Of a stretch of DNA of 64,000 nucleotides, positions 1-9,716 are shown piece after piece; within the stretch, counting starts at the first letter, position 1; each line of letters opens with the position of its first letter. Source of the stretch: Candidatus Poribacteria bacterium. Lineage in GTDB: Bacteria > Poribacteria > WGA-4E > GCA-2687025. The translations under genes were made by a program, and so were the position numbers. Location: NCBI GenBank assembly GCA_963665845.2, contig OY762492.1:2496001-2560000 (forward strand). Direction: 5' to 3'. The notes under the pieces were generated by a model. That model ran no database searches. It saw only the letters and a program-made list of their open reading frames with translations, and was not told the origin of the DNA.

Positions 1-114
1 GTCCAACGCAACGCCGCCAGCCCGAGATGAGTCGTAAGCAACGAATTACGGCAAGAAAAAACGTAAAAAAAACGCAACGCTGAAAACAATGGCGGGGTAT
101 ATGCCTCTGGCAAA

Positions 115-310
115 TCAAACGTGTAGTTCCCCTTGAAAAGGGGAGTCCCGAAACCGCGCCCCAACCGCTGTTATTGGCTATTCGTCATTCCCGCGTAAGC
201 GGGAATCTAGAGGCGTCGCAGAAGAAGTCCGCGTTCGCCCGCCGGCATGTCCAATTAAAGACGTAAGGACAGATTCCTCTTGAAAGGGGCTAGGGGGGTT
301 TAAAGGACAG
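115..310. repeat. Mosaic intergenic repeat cluster with a probable IS1595 end
   Basis: 115-138 is the exact reverse complement of 24190-24213, which precedes the IS1595 transposase. Also holds CCCCTTGAAAAGGGG, GTCATTCCCGCGTAAGCGGGAATC and a MITE-A end (AAAGACGTAAGGACAG). Confidence 0.8.
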
Positions 311-489
311 CGCAGGACGTTTAAGGTGAAAATGAATAGCTCCGCATGGGCGTACCGCCGAATTTTTTTAAAAAACGACGCCGCTGTACGGCTATACTTG
401 TTGAACATCGAAGCGCATGCGCCGGCTCATAGGAACGGCGCGGCGGCAGTCGCTGTTCAACAACCTTTTAATAGAAGAAAGGCGAAGCG

Positions 490-1701
490 ATGGAGCAATG
501 GAAACCGATCGGCGGAGGCATCAACGCGGCGAAGGGATTCATATCCGCGGGTGTCGAAGCGCGTATCCGTTACCGCGGACGCCCTGACGTCGGCATCGCT
601 CTCTGCTCAACGCGCGCTTCGGCGGCGGCCGTCTTCACCCAAAACCGATTCGCTTCCCCGACCATCGCCTGCGACAAGGAGCGTCTAGCGCAAACAGGCG
701 GATATGCGCGGGCGGTCGTTGTGAACGCCGGCAACGCGAACGCCGCCACCGGCGAGCGCGGACTCGCCGACGCCAACGCCATGTGCGACCGCGCCGCCGA
801 AAAGCTGGGCGTCAACCCCGCTGAAACGCTGGGCGCCTCTACAGGCGTCATCGGTCAGTTTTTGCCGATGGATAAGACGCTGAACGGCGTTGACGCCGCT
901 GCGGAAGCGGTTAAAAACGGCGGAAACGAACTCTTCTCCAGCGCCATTTTGACGACAGATCATGCGGAAAAAACGAGCGCCGTTGAAGCGGTCATCGACG
1001 GAAAAACGACGCGCATCGGCGGCTGCGCCAAAGGCAGCGGCATGATCGCGCCGAACATGGCGACGATGCTCGCGTTCATCTCAACCGACGCGGCGGCCGC
1101 GCCTGAATTTTTACAGCAGGCGCTGCGCAGAGCGGCGGCGAAAACCTTCAACCGCATCAGCGTTGACGGCGACTGCAGCACCAACGATCTCGTTCTTGTC
1201 ATGGCGTCCGGCATGTCGGCGCCGATCGAATCGCACACGGAGGCGGCGGACATTTTTGAAGCGGGGCTGGAGCGGGTCTGCCGGGAGCTGGCGGTTCAAA
1301 TCGTCCGCGACGGCGAAGGCGCGTCCGCGCTGATCGAGGTGACGGTGAACGGCGCGCGTACTGAAGAAGAGGCGGAAATCGCCGCGCGGGCGGTCGCCGA
1401 ATCCTCGCTTGTCAAAACCGCCGTGTACGGCAAGGACGCGAACTGGGGGCGCATCCTGTGCGCGCTTGGATACTCCGGCGCGCAATTCGACCCCAAAAAT
1501 GTCAGCCTGCGACTTGGAGAGACGGCGCTGGTGAAGGAAGGGCGCCCGCTCAACTACAGCGAAGAGGAAGCCTCCGCCCGCCTTTCAGAAGACCCGGTGC
1601 GCGTCATCGCCGACCTCGGCGCGGGGGACGGGCATGCCGTCTTCTGGACATGCGACCTGACGCACGGCTACATCGACATCAACGCCTCCTACAGATCATA
1701 A
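490..1701 (+). CDS. argJ: Bifunctional ornithine acetyltransferase/N-acetylglutamate synthase
   Basis: NAGNANAATG, STGVIG, AKGSGMIAPNMATML (autocleavage Thr), DGEGA and CDLTHGYIDINASYRS motifs. Confidence 0.97.
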   Translation: MEQWKPIGGGINAAKGFISAGVEARIRYRGRPDVGIALCSTRASAAAVFTQNRFASPTIACDKERLAQTGGYARAVVVNAGNANAATGERGLADANAMCDRAAEKLGVNPAETLGASTGVIGQFLPMDKTLNGVDAAAEAVKNGGNELFSSAILTTDHAEKTSAVEAVIDGKTTRIGGCAKGSGMIAPNMATMLAFISTDAAAAPEFLQQALRRAAAKTFNRISVDGDCSTNDLVLVMASGMSAPIESHTEAADIFEAGLERVCRELAVQIVRDGEGASALIEVTVNGARTEEEAEIAARAVAESSLVKTAVYGKDANWGRILCALGYSGAQFDPKNVSLRLGETALVKEGRPLNYSEEEASARLSEDPVRVIADLGAGDGHAVFWTCDLTHGYIDINASYRS

Positions 1702-1715
1702 GAACGGAGCGGAGC

Positions 1716-2627
1716 ATGGATTGCAGCATTGGACATATGACCGACCGCGCGCATCTCCTGATCGAAGCGCTGCCGTATATTCGGCAGTTTTACGGCAAAA
1801 CGATCGTCGTCAAATACGGCGGGCATGCGCTCGGCGATATGGAGGTGCGGCGATGCATCACCAACGACATCATTCTGATGAAGTATGTCGGAATGAAGCC
1901 GATACTGGTTCACGGCGGCGGTCCGCAGATTAGCGCGCTGATGTCCCGCGTCGGCAAAACGTCGGAGTTTGTGAACGGACTGCGCGTCACGGACGAGGAC
2001 GCGGTTGAGCTGGTGGAGATGGCGCTGGTTGGGCAGGTCAACAAAAGCGTCGTTTCGCTCATCAACCAGATGGGCGGAAGCGCGGTCGGTATCAGCGGCA
2101 AGGACGGCGGCATGATACGCGCCCGCAAAAAATACGCGCGCGTTCAACAGGAAAACGGCAGCGAAGAGCTGGTCGACATCGGGTATGTGGGCGAGATCAC
2201 GGAGGTGAACTCCGCCCCCATCCGCGCCCTTGAAGACGGCGGATTTGTGCCGGTCATTGCCGGCATCGGAACGGGAGAGAACGGCGAGACGTACAATATC
2301 AACGCGGACACCGCCGCCGGACGCATCGCCGCGGCGCTTGGCGCCGAAAAGTTTATCCTGTTGACCGACGTCCGCGGCGTCCTGCGCGACCCCTCGGACG
2401 AATCGACGCTCATCTCCACCATGCGCGTCTCCGACGCCCCGAAACTGATTGCGGACGGAACGCTCGCCGGCGGCATGATACCGAAGACGGAGGCATGCAT
2501 CGAAGCGCTGCGTCAAGGCGTCCGGAAAGCGCACATCATCGATGGGCGCATCTCGCATTCGCTCCTGCTGGAGATCTTCACGGACGAGGGCATCGGCACG
2601 CAGATTCTTCCTGACGGCGAGGAGTGA
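1716..2627 (+). CDS. argB: Acetylglutamate kinase
   Basis: LIEALPYI, VVKYGG, VHGGGPQI, NINADTAA, GGMIPK, HIIDGR. Start placed at ATG 1716 after GGAG, just behind argJ (1737 is an alternative). Confidence 0.96.
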   Translation: MDCSIGHMTDRAHLLIEALPYIRQFYGKTIVVKYGGHALGDMEVRRCITNDIILMKYVGMKPILVHGGGPQISALMSRVGKTSEFVNGLRVTDEDAVELVEMALVGQVNKSVVSLINQMGGSAVGISGKDGGMIRARKKYARVQQENGSEELVDIGYVGEITEVNSAPIRALEDGGFVPVIAGIGTGENGETYNINADTAAGRIAAALGAEKFILLTDVRGVLRDPSDESTLISTMRVSDAPKLIADGTLAGGMIPKTEACIEALRQGVRKAHIIDGRISHSLLLEIFTDEGIGTQILPDGEE

Positions 2628-2659
2628 CGCTTAGGCGCCGCGGTCGCTGTCCGCCCGCG

Positions 2660-2830
2660 GAAACCCCCCCCCCCCGCCCCCCTTTTCAAGGGGGGAGTCT
2701 AGAAACCCCCCCAGCCCCCCTTTTCAAGGGGGGAGTCTAGAAACCCGCGCCAACCCGCCGTCATTCCCGCGCAAGCGGGAATCTAGAGGCGCCGCAGAAG
2801 ACGTCCGCGTTGCATGCCGACATGTTCAAA
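2660..2830. repeat. Mosaic repeat cluster (two CCCCCTTTTCAAGGGGGG hairpins plus an ATTCCC-N8-GGGAAT palindrome)
   Basis: Directly visible tandem hairpins and GTCATTCCCGCGCAAGCGGGAATC. Confidence 0.85.
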
Positions 2831-2894
2831 CTTGCATCCGTCCGCCGTTTACGTGTATCATAAAAAGCGCGCCTACATGCAGACGGGAGAACCG

Positions 2895-4025
2895 ATGCGC
2901 ATCAACATTCAACGCGCGGTCGACAAAGCGCGACGCAACGAACGGCTCAACCTAGAGGACGCCCTTGCGTTATGGGAATCGAACGACCTGCCTCTGCTCG
3001 GAAGCCTGGCGCAGCGCGCCCGCTTTCAGCGCAAGCCGGACGACATCGTCACCTTCATCGCCTCCCGAAACATCAACTACACGAACGTGTGCTGGGTACA
3101 GTGTAAATTCTGCGCCTTTTACCGGCTCCCGAATTCTCCCGAAGGATACACGCTTCCCGACGAAGAGATTTTTCAAAAAATCGAAGAGCTGGTCGCAGCG
3201 GGCGGATATGAAATACTGATACAGGGCGGACTCAACCCGAAACTGCGCATCGACTACTTTGAGCGCCTCTTCGGCGCGATACGCGATCGGTACCCGACCG
3301 TCCATATACACGGACTCTCCGTCGCGGAGGTCATGTATATCGCCAAAATATCGAAGCTGACCATCCGAGAGACGCTTCAACGGCTCCAAGCGTCCGGGAT
3401 GCGCACCGTCCCCGGCGCCGGCGGAGAGATACTGGACGACGAAGCGCGCCAGATCATCGCCCCGTATAAAGACACGACGCAGGAGTGGCTGGATGTCATG
3501 CGCACAGCGCATCAGCTCGGCATGCGCTCCACGGCGACGATGATGTACGGGCATGTGGAGACGATTGAACATCGCATGAAGCACCTGATGCGAGTCCGCG
3601 AGCTGCAGGATGAAACGGGCGGGTTCACCGCCTTTGCCGCGTGGAGCTTTCAGCCGGACGGAACCGATCTGCCGATCGCAAAACGCTCCAGCGGATTTGA
3701 GCATCTGAAGATGATGGCGATGTGCCGCCTCATGCTGGACAATATCGACAACCTGCAGGCGTCATGGGTCACGCAGGGACCGAAAATCGCGCAAATATCG
3801 CTTGACTTCGGCGTGAACGACTTTGGGCAGACGATGATGGAGGAGAATGTGGTCAGCGCCGCCGGAACCGCCTTCACTATGGACGCGCCCGAAATATGCC
3901 GCCTCATCCGCAACGCCGGCTACACGCCGCGCCTGCGCAACGCTTACTACGACGACATGGGCGACCCCGATCTGCTGCCGAAGCCGAAACGCGCCCCGCT
4001 TGACCTGCCGCTTGTGAACGCCTGA
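2895..4025 (+). CDS. mqnC: Cyclic dehypoxanthine futalosine synthase (CofH/MqnC radical SAM family)
   Basis: RNINYTNVCWVQCKFCAF (CX3CX2C), PGAGGEIL, QASWVTQG, GVNDFGQTMMEENVV. Start at ATG 2895 after GGGAGA. Confidence 0.88.
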   Translation: MRINIQRAVDKARRNERLNLEDALALWESNDLPLLGSLAQRARFQRKPDDIVTFIASRNINYTNVCWVQCKFCAFYRLPNSPEGYTLPDEEIFQKIEELVAAGGYEILIQGGLNPKLRIDYFERLFGAIRDRYPTVHIHGLSVAEVMYIAKISKLTIRETLQRLQASGMRTVPGAGGEILDDEARQIIAPYKDTTQEWLDVMRTAHQLGMRSTATMMYGHVETIEHRMKHLMRVRELQDETGGFTAFAAWSFQPDGTDLPIAKRSSGFEHLKMMAMCRLMLDNIDNLQASWVTQGPKIAQISLDFGVNDFGQTMMEENVVSAAGTAFTMDAPEICRLIRNAGYTPRLRNAYYDDMGDPDLLPKPKRAPLDLPLVNA

Positions 4026-4031
4026 AACGGG

Positions 4032-4796
4032 TTGATGACCGTCTCTTTTTATGCGGTGTGCGCGCAGATGGCGGTGGGAGGGTTCGCGTCGCTTCTGTTC
4101 GCGCCGCCCCGTCAGATTGGGCGCGGGTTTTACAGGCTCGCCGCCGCCATTTACGCCGCCGCGGTTGGAGCGCTCATCTGGCTCGGTCCGCAAACGCCGT
4201 TCGGCGCCTTCTCCGCCGCCGGGGCGATTTTTTCAGCGCTTGTTTTTCTCGGCGCCGTTCTCTCATGGACGCGCTGGGCTGCGCTCATGCCGATTCTGGC
4301 ATGGGCGTCCATACCGGCGGGCGCGTTTTTTTTAATCGCCCTGGCGTCGCGCGTCCATGCGGCGCTTTCGCCCGCTTTGAATGCGCAGACGCTCGCCGTC
4401 CGCTTCGGGCTGTCGGCGGGGCTGGTCGGCTTCTCTATGACCGCCATGCTGTTTGGACACTGGTATCTCACAACGCCTGAAATGCCGACCCGCTGCCTGA
4501 TGCGCCTTCAGCGCTGCCTGCTGGCCGCCTGGGCGGGAACGGCGGCATGGATACTTTACTCGTTATGGGGGCGGTGGGGATACGCTTCGCTGACGGCTCC
4601 CGGCGGCGTCTTTATACTGGCGCGAATTCTGTTTGGAGCGGCGGCGGTCGGCGCATGCGTCTGGCTCGCCTGGTTTTTTCTGCGCGAAGAGTCGACGCAG
4701 TCGGCGACTGGCTTTCTGTATCTCGCGTCGGTCTTTGCGGTTATGGGCGAGTTTCTCGCTTACGATTTGACGCTGCGCGCGGGCTTGCCTATCTGA
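4032..4796 (+). CDS. Uncharacterised multi-pass membrane protein (GHWYL motif)
   Basis: About 7-8 hydrophobic segments, MLFGHWYL and QSATGFLY motifs; starts 6 bp after mqnC. Confidence 0.75.
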   Translation: MMTVSFYAVCAQMAVGGFASLLFAPPRQIGRGFYRLAAAIYAAAVGALIWLGPQTPFGAFSAAGAIFSALVFLGAVLSWTRWAALMPILAWASIPAGAFFLIALASRVHAALSPALNAQTLAVRFGLSAGLVGFSMTAMLFGHWYLTTPEMPTRCLMRLQRCLLAAWAGTAAWILYSLWGRWGYASLTAPGGVFILARILFGAAAVGACVWLAWFFLREESTQSATGFLYLASVFAVMGEFLAYDLTLRAGLPI

Positions 4797-4843
4797 AAAC
4801 CTTGTGGCATACTATAAACGACGCGCGCAACTGAAGGACGGCG

Positions 4844-5275
4844 ATGAATATTTCGTTTGACAATATCAAGATCCGAACGACGGAGCGATTCGAGCTGCAG
4901 GACATCACCGGCAAGGTTCTGGAGATCCTGCGCAAATCCAAAATCAAGAACGGGTTTATCAACCTCGCTTCGCTCCACACGACCACAAGCCTGCTGCTCA
5001 ACGAGTTTCAGAGCGCTCTTTTGGACGACATCAAGCGCATGCTGAAACGGCTGGTGGACGACAACGACTGGTTCCAGCACAACTCGGTCGACTTCTCCGA
5101 CTGCGAACGCAAGAACGCCGCATCTCATCTTAGAGGGTTGATTTTAGGCACCGGCGCGCTCTGCATTCAGGTGGCGCGCGGGGAGCTGGTCTTGGGTCAA
5201 TTTCAGAGCGTTATCTTTGCCGAGCTGGACGGACCGCGCGAACGCGCCTTGCAGGTGCAGCTGGTCGGCGAATAG
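4844..5275 (+). CDS. YjbQ/UPF0047 family protein
   Basis: DIT, HTT, NAASH and LGQFQSVIFAELDGPRER motifs. Confidence 0.88.
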   Translation: MNISFDNIKIRTTERFELQDITGKVLEILRKSKIKNGFINLASLHTTTSLLLNEFQSALLDDIKRMLKRLVDDNDWFQHNSVDFSDCERKNAASHLRGLILGTGALCIQVARGELVLGQFQSVIFAELDGPRERALQVQLVGE

Positions 5276-5356
5276 CGGGCGCCCGCTGGTCGGCGGAAAT
5301 CGCAGCAGAGAAATCAGCGGCGCCTAAGGTTGCCGCATGTCCAGGCGGTTTGGCTC

Positions 5357-5513
5357 TCATTCTCTTCTCAACCGCTCCCGTTTCAGATCGGCAATCAGCT
5401 CCTCCATAGATCGTTTCCCTTTCTTCGAATTGCATGCCGCGCATGATGTCCAGGTTGTCGCCCGTCCAGATTGTTTGCGAAGCGAAATTAGCGGCGCGCG
5501 TTTCTTGTTTCAT
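5357..5513 (-). pseudogene. Internally deleted DNA methyltransferase-HNH fusion gene
   Basis: N-terminus (TIWTGDNLDIMRGM) is joined out of frame to an HNH C-terminus (CAACNSKKGKRSMEELIADLKRERLRRE*). Both parts match the intact copies at 18274 and 48856. Confidence 0.85.
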
Positions 5514-6400
5514 TTTTCTTTACGCAACGCTTCCTGTTCGTCCTTGTGCGCATCCGTTTGCGGTTTCAGTTCGTCAGCCGCCTTTTCCAAGATACCGACA
5601 TTGTCTTTGACAAAGCGGGCTTCGGAGCGTTCCGTTTTCATCGGCAGCGTCTTTGCCCATGTGATCTCAATACGGAGCGACGGAAACGGCGTTGCCATCT
5701 CGACAAGCGCTTCGCACAGGTTGGCGCTGACCCCCTTTTCAACGGCGCGCTCAAACGCTCCACTTTCGCCCTTTGCCGTCTGGTCAACAGCGGCTCTGGC
5801 AGCGTCAAGCGTTTGCATCAAATGGCGCGTCAACCGCCGTTCAATCGGATCGTTCACCGTTTCCATTGGCGCCTGCGTTTCCTCATGAGACGGTTCAATG
5901 GGCGGCGTCAACAGCGTTATGACGAGGCTGCCTTTCTCGGTTTGACCGAAACGGATTTTATCCAGCAGTTCAGCGTTTTTGCCGATCGGCCCCTTGTAAG
6001 CCTTCTTTCGATTGTTCAAGGAACGCAGCGCCGCCTCCAGCAGCTTGTTGGAGCCGTTTATCAGATCCAGCGCGGCGTTGAAAGGCAGGCTGTCCTGATC
6101 GCCTCCAGCCCTCGCGCGAACGACATCGCAGCGGGCGTATGTCAAATCTAGGAAGACGCTTCGCTCGTCTTTTTTTGCCGCCATCGCAAAATAACGAATC
6201 AGCCTTGACACGCCGTCTATGTAGTCGGCCAAATCGGCGGTGTGCGGTATCAAAATCTCCGGCTTGCCGTCCGCTCCGTAAATGTAGGAATAGCTGCCGT
6301 ATTCGCCCACCTTTTTCCAACCTGCGGCTTCAGCGTACTTCATCAGAGTGTCTGGAGTGATCGCCTGCAGATCGTTTTCTTCAAAAAGCGCCGCTCTCAT
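5510..6400 (-). CDS. Hypothetical protein, partner of the DUF4365-like gene
   Basis: 296-aa ORF with ATGA overlaps to both neighbours; FGQTEKGS and GVSANLCEAL segments. Confidence 0.75.
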   Translation of the reverse strand: MRAALFEENDLQAITPDTLMKYAEAAGWKKVGEYGSYSYIYGADGKPEILIPHTADLADYIDGVSRLIRYFAMAAKKDERSVFLDLTYARCDVVRARAGGDQDSLPFNAALDLINGSNKLLEAALRSLNNRKKAYKGPIGKNAELLDKIRFGQTEKGSLVITLLTPPIEPSHEETQAPMETVNDPIERRLTRHLMQTLDAARAAVDQTAKGESGAFERAVEKGVSANLCEALVEMATPFPSLRIEITWAKTLPMKTERSEARFVKDNVGILEKAADELKPQTDAHKDEQEALRKEK

Positions 6401-6900
6401 GAGTCTCTCCTTGCCGGCTCCCGCGCCTTGTCCATCAATTGCCGCAAAATTACATCATCGAATCGATTTTCTTCCGGAATTCGCACCGTGATATTGTCTT
6501 TATTCTCGGTCGCGCTCATCCCTTTTAGATCCATCCAAAACGCTCTTTTCCTTAGCGTCAGACCGTCGTCTGCGATGACGATCCACTCGCTTTCATCCGT
6601 TGGCAGGTCAAAAACGACGAGATAATGCGGAATCAGTTGCTCTTTGCGGAACACATCGTAGGTTTTCACATCCAGCGGGAACCTGTATGTTCCGTCAATG
6701 GAGCGAAGGTTTGTCCTCGCTTTCAACTGCAATTTAATGGAAGGCGACATGTCCCCTCCAGCCGTAATCGTCAAATCCACGCGACCTCGATCTCGGCGCG
6801 GGTTTTCAATGTTATACCCGACTTTTGCGGCGACTGCCATGACATACAGCAGAGAAACCTCTTCTTTTTGATCCTCCGGCGTCAAAATCGCGTCGTTCAT
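6397..6900 (-). CDS. DUF4365-like PD-(D/E)xK nuclease-fold protein
   Basis: DRGRVDL...IKLQLKA catalytic-like pattern, then YLVVFDLP and AFWMDLKG. Confidence 0.75.
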   Translation of the reverse strand: MNDAILTPEDQKEEVSLLYVMAVAAKVGYNIENPRRDRGRVDLTITAGGDMSPSIKLQLKARTNLRSIDGTYRFPLDVKTYDVFRKEQLIPHYLVVFDLPTDESEWIVIADDGLTLRKRAFWMDLKGMSATENKDNITVRIPEENRFDDVILRQLMDKAREPARRDS

Positions 6901-6937
6901 AGGCTAACCGCGCTTTCCTTCCTTCGCAAGCATCTCG

Positions 6938-7954
6938 TCATGCGCCCGCGTTGGACGCGCGGATCAGTCCCTCCAAAGCTCCCTTGGCGGCTCCTGAACG
7001 AATCGACTCGCGCGCCAGTTCAAGCGCGTCGTGGAGGCTGTCGGCGATCCCCGCTGTCTTGAGCGCCGCCGCCGCGTTCAAGACGGCGATGTCCAGCGCG
7101 GGTCCCGCCTCCCCGTTTAAAACGGCGCGAAGGATCTGCGCGTTCTCGTCCGCGTCGCCGCCTTTCAGGTCGGACGGCGCGGCGCGCGGGATGCCGTACT
7201 CCAGCGGCTCCAGCTCATAGGTCTCGACGGCGCCGTTTCGCAGCTCCGAGACGCGCGTCGGTCCTGTGGTGGATATCTCGTCCAGTCCGCCCGCTCCGTG
7301 TACGACCACCGCCCGTTCGCTTCCGAGTTTGCCGAGCGCCGTTGCCATCGGCTCCGTCCATGCGCCGTCGAAGACGCCGAGCAGCTGCCGTTTGGCGCCC
7401 GCCGGGTTCGTCATCGGTCCGACAATGTTAAAAAAGGTTCGGACGCCCATCTCTCGGCGCGGTCCGGCGACATGGCGCATCGCGCTGTGAAATGTCGGCG
7501 CGAACAGAAAGCCGATGCCGACCTGGTCGATGCATTGCCCGACCCGTTCAGGCGGCGCGCCGATCTGAACGCCGAGCGCTTCCAGGACATTGGAGCTGCC
7601 GCATCGGCTGGAGACGGAGCGGTTGCCGTGCTTGGCGACCGCGGCGCCCGCGCCCGCGGCGATAAAGGCGGCGGTCGTGGAGATGTTGAAGGTGTGCGAT
7701 CCGTCCCCGCCGGTGCCGCATGTGTCGATGAGCGGCGCGCGGGAGGTTTCGACGCGGGTCGCTTTTTGGCGCATGGCGCGGGCGAAGCCGGCGATCTCGT
7801 CCGCCGTTTCGCCTTTCATACGCGCGGCGGTCAGCAAAGCCCCAATCTGCGCGTCGGTGGCTTCCCCCTCCATGAGCCGCGCCATCAGCTGCGCCGCTTC
7901 CTCCTCGGTCATATTCTCTCGGTTGATGATGCGCTCAATGGCGTTTTGAATCAT
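6938..7954 (-). CDS. trpD: Anthranilate phosphoribosyltransferase
   Basis: DTCGTGGDG, FNIST, KHGNRSVSS, GLDEIS. Confidence 0.97.
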   Translation of the reverse strand: MIQNAIERIINRENMTEEEAAQLMARLMEGEATDAQIGALLTAARMKGETADEIAGFARAMRQKATRVETSRAPLIDTCGTGGDGSHTFNISTTAAFIAAGAGAAVAKHGNRSVSSRCGSSNVLEALGVQIGAPPERVGQCIDQVGIGFLFAPTFHSAMRHVAGPRREMGVRTFFNIVGPMTNPAGAKRQLLGVFDGAWTEPMATALGKLGSERAVVVHGAGGLDEISTTGPTRVSELRNGAVETYELEPLEYGIPRAAPSDLKGGDADENAQILRAVLNGEAGPALDIAVLNAAAALKTAGIADSLHDALELARESIRSGAAKGALEGLIRASNAGA

Positions 7955-8023
7955 GCGCTTGCTTCCTAGATGTGTTCTCTTGTCGCCGCCTTCAACGCTT
8001 CATTATAGCCGATGCCGCATTGC

Positions 8024-8136
8024 CGGGCAGTCTCTACAGAAGATGTTTTGACTTTGTAGGGTTCCGTTTTGGAATGCGGGGCAGTCAGGGAAAACTTAAG
8101 ATTTCCGTATGTTTTACCGCAAGGGCGGGAATGACG
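8024..8136. repeat. Partial MITE-C copy
   Basis: GGCAGTCTCTACAGAAGATG...CCGTTTTGGAATGCGG matches the elements at 37129 and 54606. Confidence 0.6.
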
Positions 8137-8192
8137 AAGCGCGGGCGCGGAAGAGGAAAGGGCGCCGGGAAGGCGCAGGCGGGACAGGAAAA

Positions 8193-8234
8193 TGCCAGAC
8201 CCCTTTACATAAACCTACATAAAGGAGTCTGGCA
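8193..8234 (-). terminator. Hairpin downstream of the DUF1080 gene
   Basis: Imperfect inverted repeat TGCCAGACCCCTTTA...TAAAGGAGTCTGGCA. Confidence 0.45.
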
Positions 8235-8245
8235 AAGATCAGCGC

Positions 8246-8779
8246 TTACAGCTCTCGAACACGTATGTTGCGGAACTGGACAGGTCCATGATCGCCCTGC
8301 AGCATGAGAGGACCGGTCGGGTTGTCGTCGTTGAACAGCTGCCCGCCGGTCGGACCCTTGATGGTCACGTTGTCGTGGATCGTCTGTCCGTTCAGCTGAA
8401 CCGTCAGCGTCATTCCGACGATCTTGGCGTCCACCGTCTGCCATTCGCCCGCCGGCTTGCTCGCCTCGACATCCGGGCTTTTCTGGTTGTACAGCGCGCC
8501 GTTTTCGGCGGGGTAGTTGTACTCCTTGCCGAGGCTGTCCAGTATCTGCAGCTCATACCGCCCGCGCAGGTAGATGCCGCTGTTGCTGCCTTCAGGGACA
8601 AGGTATTCGATATGCAGCTCGTGGTCGCCGAATTCGGCTTCGCTGACGATGTCGACCCCTGTCCCGGTGTTGTCTAGGATGCCGTCATGGGCGACCCATT
8701 GATGCTCGCGGTCGGTATTCCGCATCCGCCAGCCGGTCAGGTCGGTACCGTTGAACAGCTGAATCCATTCGTCTGCCAT
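8246..8779 (-). CDS. DUF1080 / 3-keto-disaccharide hydrolase family protein
   Basis: LFNGTDLTGW, NSGIYLRGRYELQILD, LQGDHGPVQFRNIRVREL. Confidence 0.9.
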   Translation of the reverse strand: MADEWIQLFNGTDLTGWRMRNTDREHQWVAHDGILDNTGTGVDIVSEAEFGDHELHIEYLVPEGSNSGIYLRGRYELQILDSLGKEYNYPAENGALYNQKSPDVEASKPAGEWQTVDAKIVGMTLTVQLNGQTIHDNVTIKGPTGGQLFNDDNPTGPLMLQGDHGPVQFRNIRVREL

Positions 8780-8848
8780 GCGCGTCCTTTCCGATGTTGA
8801 TCCGTTGCCGCGCCGCCTATCATACCAGACAGCGCGGCAAAGGCAACC

Positions 8849-9640
8849 TTACTGCGCCGCCCGTTTTTTGATGGTTCCCCATGCAAGCGGAGCCTTGCCG
8901 GACGGGTCGACCGACAGCAGCGACGCGCTCAAGCCTTGATCGGCGATCTGCGCCACCTCATCCTCCGACATGGCGTATCCAAAAACGGCGACCTCGTCAA
9001 TGGAGCCGTTCAGGAAGCGTCCGCCGCCGCAGCAGTCGTCAAAGCCGATCGTCATGGATCCGGTGTGTTCAGCCAGCTGCGTCGCGTTGAGGCTCAGTTC
9101 GCTTTCAACTTTTCCGTCAATGTAAAGTCTCCAGTCGCCTGTGGCGCTGTCGAAGGTGCCGATATAGCTGCGCCAGACGGTGATGTCGTCAACTGCGATC
9201 TGTCCAGTGTTCCATGCGTTGGGCTGGTTCCATCCTGCGCCGTTCCAGACGGGGAAGGCGACCACGGTACCGCCGGCGTTCGGGTGAAGAATATAGAGGT
9301 TGCGTTTGCCGGCGATGGCGCCGGAGGTGTTCCATGCCGCCGCCGCGCTTTTGACAACGGCGATGACCGTTATCGCGTCGCGCGGGCTTGCGTGGTCGGG
9401 GGTGCGGACATAGTCGCCGTCGCCGTCCAGTTCGAGCGCGCCGCCGAATTGGCCTTCGACCCATTCGGGATCGCCGTTCAGTTCGGCGTCCAGTTTGTTG
9501 CCGGAGCTGTCTTTGGCTTCGTTGCCGCCTCCGTCATCGAAGAGCCAGATGCCGACCGCCTTGTCCATATCGAACGCCTGCGCGGCAGAGAGCGACATCG
9601 CCGCTGCGCACACTGCAACCGTGAAGAACCGTCGAGTCAT
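8849..9640 (-). CDS. Secreted LamG/concanavalin A-like domain protein with conserved C-terminal motif
   Basis: Signal peptide (AQA), WLFDDGGG..AKDSSGN, GALELDGDGDYV, LYIDG, GSIDEVAVF; ends VDPSGKAPLAWGTIKK. Confidence 0.88.
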   Translation of the reverse strand: MTRRFFTVAVCAAAMSLSAAQAFDMDKAVGIWLFDDGGGNEAKDSSGNKLDAELNGDPEWVEGQFGGALELDGDGDYVRTPDHASPRDAITVIAVVKSAAAAWNTSGAIAGKRNLYILHPNAGGTVVAFPVWNGAGWNQPNAWNTGQIAVDDITVWRSYIGTFDSATGDWRLYIDGKVESELSLNATQLAEHTGSMTIGFDDCCGGGRFLNGSIDEVAVFGYAMSEDEVAQIADQGLSASLLSVDPSGKAPLAWGTIKKRAAQ

Positions 9641-9716
9641 GAGATGCCTCCATCAAGTTTTTTAGATTTAACGCCAACATTCTAAATCAAAGCCGCGCGC
9701 CGCGCAACCTATGGAT

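Noticed and set aside
178-408. Short ORFs with LDSRLRGND, SFPRKRES or PPSPLFKG (also near 9746-10103, 10841, 27022, 34845, 35055, 54380)
   Set aside because: These are translations of the palindromic repeats, not a protein family.
2663-2676. Long poly-C run as a phase-variation tract
   Set aside because: It is intergenic, inside a C-rich repeat, and homopolymer length is error-prone.
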